A DNA stretch of 64,000 nucleotides, from positions 53,602-117,601 of the forward strand of contig NW_003314352.1 of the NCBI RefSeq assembly GCF_000143415.4, in the 5' to 3' direction. A program made the position numbers and the translations under genes. The stretch's first letter is position 1; the number at the start of each line of letters is the position of its first letter. Shown here in pieces: positions 13,801-24,684 of this stretch. Under the pieces are notes generated by a model. The model was not told where the DNA came from, made no database searches, and saw nothing but the letters and a program-made list of their open reading frames with translations. This DNA comes from Selaginella moellendorffii (Eukaryota; Plantae; Lycopodiophyta).

Positions 13801-15594
13801 CCCACTGGATCACTAAAAGTACTTCCATTCCTGTCTTTTTGTCACTCTTCACCGAGAGTAAGCACAAAAATGCTACCTTGGTTCCTTTAGTGAGTTGTCC
13901 TTTCGTGGATACCAGGTTTAGGCAGGAATCTTTGGCCTTGCATTGCCCTACCTTTAGATCCTAGGCCTTCACCTGGATCTTCTTCCTTGGGCATTCGCTA
14001 GTACCACAAGGTTCCTACTTTGTTCATGCAGGGCTACCACAAACCAATTGAACCAATCCATCCTGAAGATCATGTCAAATCCCGCCATTACCAACATGGT
14101 GAAACCCATGTCTAGTTTCCAAGTCCCTACTTCAACTCTCTCTTGTTGAAGTACATCATTTGTGCTTTGGCTACCTTGAACAAACCCTATAGTCCTTGGT
14201 TCGCCCAGCCACTACACCATTAGTCTGGCTTGCCGGACTATGTCTGCAGCCACAAAACTATCCGAAGCACCCGTGTCAATAAGGATCTTAACAAAGCTAC
14301 CTCCGAGCTTCCCTCGGAGGGCTAGTAGATGTCACGAATGACTCTTTACCAAAGTTGCTTGTGTAATGAGTAACTTTGAGCTAGGGACTGTACCTCAGTT
14401 TGGACTTCACCCGACTTAATGGCCATATTGGATTTGGACTTCTTTGGGTAGGGACATTCCCTCGAAAAGTGTCCTGCTTCACCGTAGTTGTAGCAAACAT
14501 TGCTTCCCATACTACTAACCGACTTGACTTTCTTATCCATGGGTTTGTCTCTTTTTACTTGACTCCCCCACGTACTTGCTCGCTAGCCACCAGATTTGCC
14601 TTTCCGAAACCCTGATGACTCATTCTTAGAGAAACTCTTCTTGAATTTCCCTTTGCTATATGTTCCCCTTGGTTTGGCCCTTTTGCTAAACATGGACCCC
14701 AACCCCGTCGTGTTCCCCTTTCACAGATTATCATTGAAATACACCTTGATGGCTGCATCCAACGCTTCCTTGTAGTTGGTTGGGTTCTAACGCATCACTT
14801 CACCGCGAGCCCAGGTTTGCAAGCCTGATATGAAGGCATGGAACGCATCCATATCCCCTATGTCTGTGACAAGTATCCTCTTTGCCATAAAACTATTCAC
14901 ATACTCCTGAATGGTTCTGGTCTGCTTCAGCCTACTCAACTCGTCTCTTAGATGCAGAGTAGCATTTGGAGGAACATAAGTTGCGCAGATCCTCACCTTC
15001 ATTATCTCCCAAGTGGCCATCGGTCCTTCGTTGGCCTCTGTTGTTCTCCACCAAGACTTGGCATTATCTGCCAAGTATGGTTTTGCACATGGGACCTTCT
15101 CCGAACTCAGTAACCACAACGCTCGGAAGTAGTCCTCCATATCGTAAAACCAATTCTCCACCACCTTATAATCGTTCACTCCCTTGAAGACCAATGGGGG
15201 CTTTGGTTTGTACTTGGGAACTGTTTGAGGCACCGATTCCACTTCGATCTATTCAATCTTGTCTGGTTTTTGCTTCAGTCCCTATCGAAGGGTCTGCACC
15301 TTTTGCGCTGCCAACCTCCGCAGTCTTTTGCCTTTTCTTCCGCTTCTCGTCACGCTTTAGCTTGCGTACGAGAGTCTCCAATAGGGCATTGATTTGTGCC
15401 AATTGTCCTTCTAGAATGTCTAATCGCACCTTGGATGACTGAACCTCACCACCGGACTTCTGTTTGGAAGTTTTCTCACTAGAGTCCTCCTCATGCAAGG
15501 ATTCCTCATCCATAGCCTCTTGTTCGACCGGAGGCTCCAGCTCTTGAGGAGGTTCCATCTCCGCCTTGGTTTGTTTCCACCCTGCCTTTGCCAT
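10844..15594 (-). pseudogene. gag-pol: gag-pol of copy A1 (Gag, protease, RT, RNase H, integrase, chromodomain), fragmented
   Basis: ORF fragments are colinear with 24685-29457 ([28 protein letters not shown]) and carry many stops and frameshifts. Confidence 0.95.
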
Positions 15595-16348
15595 CTCCTA
15601 GCAATCCGCCTCTATCCTTCACTAGAATTGAGGAAAAGGCTCTAATACCAAATTGTAAGTCACAAATTTTTCTTTTTCAATTTGCCAGCTTACCTCGTCT
15701 ATTTGTCCAACACTGCCTTGGTTTTTGCTAAGAAGCTCTATTTCGTTAAAGTGGGATTTATTCAGTAAAATGGGACTAGGTACAAATTTTCAAGTATTTG
15801 AAAATGACGTGAAATTATATGTTTTTTGTCCAGGGGCTAGACATATCTAGGGCATGGTGACTAGCGCGGTGACTTTGTGTCCAGACTGAGTCCATCTGGT
15901 TGTATAATAAATCTCATTGTCAAGGTGAACAAGCCGAATCTGAAGCTAAAGAAGAGCAATGGCATGCGCGCACACACTATTTGTTTGTTCATTGAGCGTG
16001 TGGTGAGCTTTCCAAGATGAACGTCATTCCTATTAGCCAGACATATAACTTAATGGTGAGAACATTTAGATATTATTCAATGTTATCTTTTTCTAACGAA
16101 TCTAATTGTGAAGGTGTAGCAAGAGGCATTGCTAGTCTGGAGAAGTCATTTAACTCATTTGACCCTTAGTGTATTTTCATGAAACTAAATAACATTCATA
16201 TTATTAAGGAATTTCTCTAGTACCTTTTTTTTACGACATAGAGGCTTGCATTTCTTTCAAAGGTGATTTAGTAAAAGGCCTGAGGGCACATGCCATTCTA
16301 TTTCTCAGACCAGTATTAAGATATACTAGTGCAAAGGGCCACATGCCA

Positions 16349-19300
16349 TTACGCCTCCTCTGATTCAGATTCGGATTGTTCACCTTGAAATAAAATACAT
16401 TAGAAACTTAGTAAAGGAATATTAAATCTCACCTTGAACCCGGGTTATGAATGCTCTTGCTACATCTCTTGCATGGTCTGGCAAGGTGATGGTGGCACTC
16501 TGCTTCCGCATCCAACCATGCACAACATTATCCACCGATATGCTCATGCTGGGATCCCTTGGATTCAGCACCCATCTCTTTTCTAGGCAATCCTTCGTAT
16601 ATCCGGAACTTGGCTTGAACCACTCCACAGTTACATTGAAGGAGTTAGTTTCCGCGTCCTCCTCTGCATCAGTGATGCAGCGCCCCACCCATATCATTTG
16701 TTTTTTATTACTGGGTCTGACAAGCACGACCATTCCTTTGCAGACTTGTACTGGATTGAATGCTGAATCCGGCTTCTTGTTCCTCGGCCCACAATAGTGA
16801 TCCTCAACATCGTTATCTGTCACTGCATTTCCAGAGGACATTGTTCTGCTACTATCTGGTGCTCTGGGTTTCGGCCAAAAGGACTCTTCCAATTCTTCAT
16901 ATACAACCGGCCCATTTTGGATAGTAGATATAATCTTCTCCCAGTATTCGAGCAAAGGCTTGCACCTCTTAAAATAGGATTCTCCACCAAACACCAACCC
17001 CCTCTTCCAGAAGGCAATATGCTGTCTAATCCCGGCCACTATACTTTCCTGGTCTTTGAGTCCATCCGGGTGCATCGGCCGTGGGGAACCCTGAGGAATC
17101 ATAGGTTCCCCAGTTATGGGATCTCTCTTGAAGAGTTCAATGCCGTCCACTGGCAGCCACACTGTGTCCCATTCTCTCATCTTGTACCTCATCACTGGAG
17201 CACCATCACGCATGCTGAAATGAAACTGAAGAGGCTTGGAGTGGCCAATCAGCGTTTCGGATCCGTCCCTGATGTAGCCTCTTACAAACCCCTTAAAGTC
17301 TGGAACCTCTGTCACAAGTGCAGCTTCAACAGTGCCTTTGATGCAATTTTGGAATTCATCGTAGAGTTGTGGGAGGGTGAGGACATTGGATCACCGGAGG
17401 GACTCTGCCAGGTGACTGAACATGGCATCGACGTCTTCATGAGTGTGCCCAACCATGAGAAAGCCAAGTGTAACCGTTTCAAATATGCCTTTGGCAACAA
17501 GCATCGCCAAGTACGCGAAGACGTACATGTTTTTGTTCTCACTGCCAGCATTGTCTGTTTGGAGCAGAAGATGGGGTGGAAGGCCACATCGGCCGCAAGA
17601 ACTTCCTTGAGATTCTGCTTCATTTGGATGAGGCTGTGCATTCACAGGGCGACCAGCCTCGTCGGAATGGCATGAGGCCTCACGTGATAACCCTACAATC
17701 TGACAGCCAACATATTCACTGGGATGGCATGGGGCCCCATGCGATACTGCAAGCCTTTGCTCCTCCTCCAGCTGAACCCTGTATGGGGTTCGATCGACAA
17801 GGGCCTTATGCAAGGGTTGGCCGTTCAGCTCAGTCTGCGCACTTTGCAGAGACCTTAAGTGTTTTGCTAGGGACGCAATCATCATGTTTGCACCCCCGCC
17901 ACCCCATAGAGGTACAAAGAAGTTCCCATAGTTCTGGGCACCATGCCCATGAGCAATTATGCCAAACAGAGACACAGGCAGCTGCATGGATGAAGAGATT
18001 GCCTTGGGGGCAGGATTGAGTCGAGGTAAGCACGTCTTTTTCTGGTCCATTTTGTCGTGGATGATGCAGAGGTAAGAGTCAGGTCTCTCCATGGAGAGAA
18101 TCCTGTTATGATAATATGCAGTCCTGCGGCTTCTCTGCTCGATGTTGTGGTCGAGCTGCCTTCTAACCAACGTCTCTCGCTCTTGAGCGCTGCAAGAATT
18201 CTTCGACAAAGCCATTTTGATAGCAGTGCACTCGTCACACTTTGAAAAGCTGAAGTACTTTCCTATACTCACATCCCTGAACCTGTTGCTCCACAATCTA
18301 CTAAATCTAGATTGGCTCAGCTTCCTGTAGCCATTACTCTGGAGTTCCCGATTCACATCTTCCAATATGGCCCCCTTGGTATACATGGAAGGGAGAACTC
18401 GTTGGGTGTCTCGTGTTCCATCTTCCAAGAGGCGGGTTTTATGTGGTTGCTGTTCGCTACATGTCTCGACAAACCTCTTGAAGATTGCCTCTCCATATAC
18501 AACATGACCCCTGGTTTTGTGCGTACCGTCGTTCCCATGGACTGCCTGTTGAACCCTTTGTTCCTCGAACTCAGTTTTGATTCTGTAGAATGTGGTTCGA
18601 GGGACTCCATAAATGATTCTCCATGCCTTCATGCAGACCAAACCCCTCTGAAAGACCATGCCCCCCACCTGATGTTCTGAAGCATCAGCAGATGACCGTA
18701 ATGCCTCATACACAAAATTGCGAGCTGCCTTCCAGGACAATGTCTTGTATCTTGCTCTCTCCTCTTCAATAGCATCCCAATCAGCATGTTGACAGCACCT
18801 CCTCTTGCAACAAGCGACTATCGAGACCATTCGAACCTCCATCGCCATTTTTTGCCTTTTCGGTTCGTTGCTCAGATCCCTTTGGCTGCGCTGTAGGAAG
18901 GTGTACTTTTTTTTCCCATGAAGAGATGTTCTGTCATCAGTTGTAGTGGTGTTTGATTGTGAATCCTTCACATTCTCAAACACTAAATGCCTCAATTTCC
19001 ACCGCACAATGCTTCCAATAGTCAGACTATTTTCTTCTGTGTCAACAACCTCTAAAATCGCAACTCTAATATCATCCCAGCCCAATTCTTGATTAGCAAC
19101 CGCATCTCTTGGATCAACAACTGTGGCTAAGCCCTTAGCTACCACCTCCCCCTCGGGGTTGTTTAGAAACACCTTTGCCTGAATCCATGTAGCACGGTTC
19201 TTAAGATCCACGGAGGGAACATGCGTCGCACTTGCGCTGTCCCCAACATCTGCTTTCTTCTGCAGATTTTTCAAGGCAACAACAACATTTACCCCGACGA

Positions 19301-19487
19301 CCATCTCTCCTCGTTCAATAGCGACCACATTCCCATCGAAGACAGTCTCTACTGATACAGCAGCATTGCCTTCCCCAAGCCTTTGACAGTGTATAACAAA
19401 GTTCCGATCCATAGACACAAGGGTCCCTTTTGCAACTCTCTTCCCACCATTCAAAATGTAAACCTTTTCCCCAACCCTGAAGGTCAT
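16349..19487 (-). pseudogene. DDD/E transposase (~1030 aa, Sola-related/DUF7869-like) with one in-frame stop
   Basis: KCDEC...H zinc motif, IIHDKMDQKK, LLQTDNAGSENKN and FLMVGHTHEDVDAMFS. ORFs 17391-19487 and 16422-17315 are in the same frame, separated only by TGA at 17391-17393. A predicted 49-nt intron (16384-16432) adds a short final exon, GEQSESESEEA*. Confidence 0.8.
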
Positions 19488-19666
19488 TTTGAAAGTGCAG
19501 AAAAGAAGTTAAGACCATACAAAAAATGATTGGAGAATGGCCTAAATCATAACATACCAAATAGCATGAGGCCACATGCCATTATTCAAACATGCTATTG
19601 ACACCCACGTGAAATTTCGCATTCACAAAATTGGCATAAGCCCTCATGCCATTAGTGGTACCACTA

Positions 19667-19857
19667 ATGGCATGAGGCCTCACGCTATCTTTGGCCCCTG
19701 CTAGCCTGTTGCTATATTCCTTTTGCCTTGTTGCAACTGTATATATTTTTGTGTGCGTGACTAGTCACCCATACAAAAATATATACAGTTGCAGCAAGGC
19801 AAAAGGAATAGGCAATAGGCTAGTAGGGGCCAAAGATGGCATGAGGCCTCATGCCAT
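19667..19857. repeat. ~190-bp near-perfect inverted repeat upstream of the transposase
   Basis: The arms pair around the centre GTGACTAGTCAC, and each end is a copy of the 22-bp palindrome. Confidence 0.9.
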
Positions 19858-20049
19858 CTTGATATACACACAGCTACAGGCAAGTAAAAACATACATGAC
19901 AATACGCTAGCCATGAAATTGCAAGGGCCCAAGATGGCATGTGGCCTTATGCCATTTCTAAATGTGGTCCTAAACTATTCCATGGTGAACATACCAGGAA
20001 GCACAAGTGCCGAATATCAAGAGGAAGCGGTAGCCACACCAAAGACAAT

Positions 20050-20230
20050 GCCGCTCGCAACACCGCAACTACTCGTAGCGCCGCTCGCAACACCGCAACT
20101 GCTCGTAGCGCCGCTCGCACAAACTGCCACTCGCATAAACTGCCGCTCGCAATGGCGCTTGCAATGCCGCAACCGCTTGTAGACGCATAAACCACAGCTC
20201 ACAACGCCGCTTACACAAGCAGCGCTCACT
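20050..20230. repeat. GC-rich minisatellite (30-bp unit GCCGCTCGCAACACCGCAACTRCTCGTAGC, decaying rightwards)
   Basis: Two near-identical units plus degenerate GCCGCTCGCA copies. Confidence 0.8.
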
Positions 20231-20491
20231 GCGCTCAGCGGAACCAAGAACACGGCGCACAAAAATGATAGACCTAGGAATGAGTTCGAGAATTCAAAAA
20301 TAACACACGCTTGAACGTCACATCAAATCCTCTGACAAACCAGATCTTATGATTCCTCTGACAAATTTCAAACTGAGTAGCTTCTAGACTTTGCTGTCGG
20401 AGGTTGAACTTTGTCACATCATGTCCTTGCCTCGATCCAGCTGTGCCATGTCAGTGATTCGAACTTTGCCATGCCATGTCAGCGATCCGCG

Positions 20492-22348
20492 CCAAGATTA
20501 TTCGCCGTGTAAAGGAATAATTATGCTATGTGTGTACGTCCATTTATGGCAATATAAGGCCACATGCCATTCAAAGAATAATGCTAGTCGAGCATCTTTT
20601 GGTGCATTTTTGGGTTCAAAATTGCATGAGCCCACACGCTATAAAGTTTACCTGTACCAAAAATAGAAACAGCTTTATTTACTTGGGAATTTAAGTGGTT
20701 GAGGCATTTTTAAACTTACAAACACATGCCCTACTTACATTCCTTTGGTTGCTTAAAATTCAAAAATATTATAAACCTTTCTTTTTGCATTTTCAATGTT
20801 TTCAATTATGGTTTTTGATTTTCGCAGGACCAGCCTAGTAATCTATTTGCATCCCGTCATGTTTATAGCTAGCTTTTGTTTGTCCCCTTCGCTAGCCTGA
20901 GATACATCTGCTCGGCATCTGCCTCTTACAGCATTTGCCCAGAAAGGGCATCTTTCTTCACGCAGCATTTGCCACATGTTTAGGGTTAGGGTTTAGGGTT
21001 TAGGGTTTAGCAATTCAGTAGCTTGATAAACATGCAAATACAGAACTTGATGCAAAATCCTTGGATATGTCACAATGCCCCTAGGACCATAAACACATTT
21101 CAATAGAGAGGGTCCTTTCATTTCATAACTCCTTACGTAGATCTTGGTGAAACCAGAGTTAGTGAAGTTGGTTTCTTGTGATCCCGCATCTGATTGTGAT
21201 GTCCCTTTGCAGTGTCGATGGAAAGGTCAATGCACACAAAACTGTAGAATCTTGGAGCAAAATAAGGGTCGGATCTATGGCAAATGCCCCTGAAACATTG
21301 TAAGGCTCGTGTGGTCTCATGTGGTGTCCGATCGAGATGCTTCTTTGCAGGGTCATCAAGAAGGACATTGTATACCATTCTGTAAAATCTGGTTGCGATC
21401 TAACGGTTGGATCTCCAGGAAACTCAAAACAATCTCGCGCATATCAGAATATTCTAGGAATATACTCCTATGTGCTCCAAGATTATTCGCCGTGTAAAGG
21501 AATAATTATGCTGTGTCATTTATGGCAATATAAGGCCACACGCCATTCAAAGAATAATGCTAGTCGAGCATTTTTTGGTGCATTTTTGGGTTCAAAATTG
21601 CATGAGCCCACACGCTATAAAGTTTACCTGTACCAAAAATAGAAACAGCTTTATTTACTTGGGAATTTAAGTGGTTGAGGCATTTTTAAACTTACAAACA
21701 CATGCCTTACTTACATTCCTTTGGTTGCTTACATTCCTTTGGTTGCTAGCTTTCGTTTGTCCCCTTCACTAGCCTGAGATACATCTGCTCGGCATCTGCC
21801 TCTTACAGCATTTGCCCAGAAAGGGCATCTTTCTTCACGCAGCATTTGCCACATGTTTAGGGTTTAGGGTTTAGGGTTTAGCAATTCAGTAGCTTGATAA
21901 ACATGCAAATACAGAACTTGATGCAAAATCCTTGGATATGTCACAATGCCCCTAGGACCATAAACACATTTCAATAGAGAGGGTCCTTTCATTTCATAAC
22001 TCCTTACGTAGATCTTGGTGAAACCAGAGTTAGTGAAGTTGGTTTCTTGTGATCCCGCATCTGATTGTGATGTCCCTTTGCAGTGTCGATGGAAAGGTCA
22101 ATGCACACCAAACTGTAGAATCTTGGAGCAAAATAACGGTCGGATCTATGGCAAATGCCCCTGAAACATTGTAAGGCTCGTGTGGTCTCATGTGGTGTCC
22201 GATCGAGATGCTTCTTTGTAGGGTCATCAAGAAGGACATTGTATACCATTCTGTAAAATCTAGTTGCGATCTAACGGTTGGATCTCCAGGAAACTCAAAA
22301 CAATCTCGCGCATGTCAGAATATTCTAGGAATATACTCCTATGTGCTC
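20492..22348. repeat. Tandem duplication (~985 and ~871 bp units) in the intergenic region of the DNA transposon, each unit with a TTTAGGG tract
   Basis: Units start CCAAGATTATTCGCCGTG at ~20492 and ~21477. Paired ORFs are offset by 871 bp. Telomere-type tracts at ~20979-21010 and ~21856-21881. Confidence 0.92.
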
Positions 22349-24628
22349 CTGAAAATGGCATGCGGCCCCATGCCATTCAAGAGATAATGCCAGATGACGC
22401 CGAGCATTTTTTGGTGCATTTTTTGGGATCAAAATTGCATGAGCCCACATGCTTGAACGTCCTCCTCTGACAATTTATTTAGCTGAACATCTGGCATTTT
22501 TGGAAATACAAGATGCTTTGGAATATCCAATCACGCATGGTATAAATATAGCGAGGGTATTAAATGATATCCCAATCATGATCTTTCTTTTGGATTTCGC
22601 GTGCATGCAGTCCGAGGAATGATGACGTTGCGGATTTCTTTTGGATTTCACGCATGCGCGCGCCGATCCAGAAATTAATGGTGGCGCCTAAGTCCGAGAA
22701 ATGATGACGTGGCGGGATTACCAACCGTCGTGACATTTCGCGCGTGTGAGGTTAGGTTTTGCATTTTGCTTCGTACTCGCGCTCGCATCGCGCTCCCACT
22801 CGCGCTCTCACTTCTCTACAGGTTTCTCGTGTGCATCGGCGTCCACTTGCGCTTGCATCACACTCGCGCTCGCATCGCGCTCGTGTGCATCGGCGTCCAC
22901 TTCAAGACACACCCAGTTTGTAACTTCGCCGCCAACTCCGCCGCCCACTCCGCCACCCACACGCAGCCCACTTGGCGTCCCGGGAGATTTCAGCGCCACT
23001 CTCCAACTGTAAGTGGCAGAGTAGCCTTGCTGCTACGATCCGCTGCACACACAGTGCACATTCGCCAGCGAGTCCGGTTGTCACGCCTCCATTCGGCTTC
23101 AAATGGTAAGTCTTTTAGGCCAAGTAGAAAATGGCATGAGGCCACATGCCATTCAGTAGCAACATTGGCATGCACCGATTGGGCTCTCGAGTGCAGTCCG
23201 GTTACAGATGGCGTGTAGCCTCATGCCATCTTAAGATGCAGCCTCAAGACATCTGATGCAGTGGTGAATGGCGTGTGGCCTCACGTTATTTCCAGCTACT
23301 AGCTTTTCATCTGTCAGCTCTAATTGTTGTGCATTTCTGAACAGGCGAGGAATTGCGTTCTTCTTCCAGCCACTGTCAATGTGGATGCAGAGAAGGGGGA
23401 GGAGCTCACCAGTTGGACTTTCGGGATGGAAGGCGAGGATCTGAGGCTGTACAACACAGATGGTGGGAGAAAAGAATTGTAAGGAACCGACTCCCCGAGA
23501 TGTCGTAGGCTAAAGGATCCCCAAAAGCTTGACCGAAGTGACAAAGAGTTCATCGGATGGGACCAAGTCGAGGATCGAGTCCAAGACCGACTCTAGGACC
23601 GAGTTCGAGATAGAGTCCGGAATCAAGTCCGAGACCGACTCGGGGACCGAGTTCGAGTCCGAGTTCGAGACCGAGTTCGAGACGGAGTCCGAGATCCGAA
23701 ATCGGGTCCAAGACCGAGTCCGAGGTCGAGTCCGAAGTCGGGTCCGAGATCGGGTCCGAGATCGAGTCCATGATCGAGTCCGAACCCGAATCCGAAGTCG
23801 GATCCGAAATCGGGTCCGAGATCGAGCCAGAGACCAAGTCCAAATACTAATACGGGTCAAGGGGTGAAAGCCCAAAGCGTGCGTCTCCCAGGGGGGGGGG
23901 GCTGCAGGGGGTTCCAAAAGTATAGTAGGGATAGTGAGGTCCAGGAACCAGTTTTGAAGGGACTCTCCAGTTGGGCTTCCAAACCGACTTGAGGTTGGGA
24001 CTGGGACCGAGGGGCCTTGGGTGGGAGTGAGCATGGACTTGGCTGGTGCCGGAGGGGCCATCCAAGGAAGTGCTCAAGAGCAGCTTCCACTCCCGAAAGG
24101 GAAACCGATTGCGGTGCTCCCGGCTCATGTGGAGTGGTGCCCCACTTGAGTACCATGCGGCTCATTGGTCCTCGCCCTTCTTAGGGGCTTGGGCCTTCCT
24201 TCGGGATGGAAGTGAGGGGCGAGAGGTACCCATACCGGGCCGCTAGGCCACGGTGTTTCGCCCCGGCGTCCCGAAGCAAGTGTTGCACTCAAGACTTGGG
24301 ATTTAGAGGGTCCCATGATCAAGTCTTGTGGTACCAAGGGATGTTAGGAACCTGGAAGCTTGGTGTGCTTGGCTGCTTGTGCTTGCGGGGAGTGTAGCCG
24401 AACCTTAAGTCCAGTCTAACCCGGGGAGGGGGATTGGGAGTGATTTGGGAATCCATGGAAGGATGGCTAACACTCCGTTGCTCGTGCAGTGAGTAGCTGA
24501 AACCAAGTAGGAGCTGGTACCATAGGCGAGAACCTTGGCGAGGGAACTTAGCAAAAGCCAAGGCAATGTTGGACGGATAGGCGAGGTAAGCTGGCAAAGT
24601 GGAAAGGAAAAATTTGTGGCTTACAATT

Positions 24629-24640
24629 TGGTATCGGAGC
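24629..24640 (+). promoter_or_regulatory. Primer-binding site (tRNA-iMet type)
   Basis: TGGTATCGGAGC, 3 nt after the 5' LTR. Confidence 0.9.
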
Positions 24641-24684
24641 CTTCTCCTCAGTTCTAGCGAAGGATAGAGGCGGATTGCTGGGAG

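Noticed and set aside
20979-21010. True telomere or chromosome fusion site
   Set aside because: Only 3-4 units, embedded in a duplicated transposon segment.
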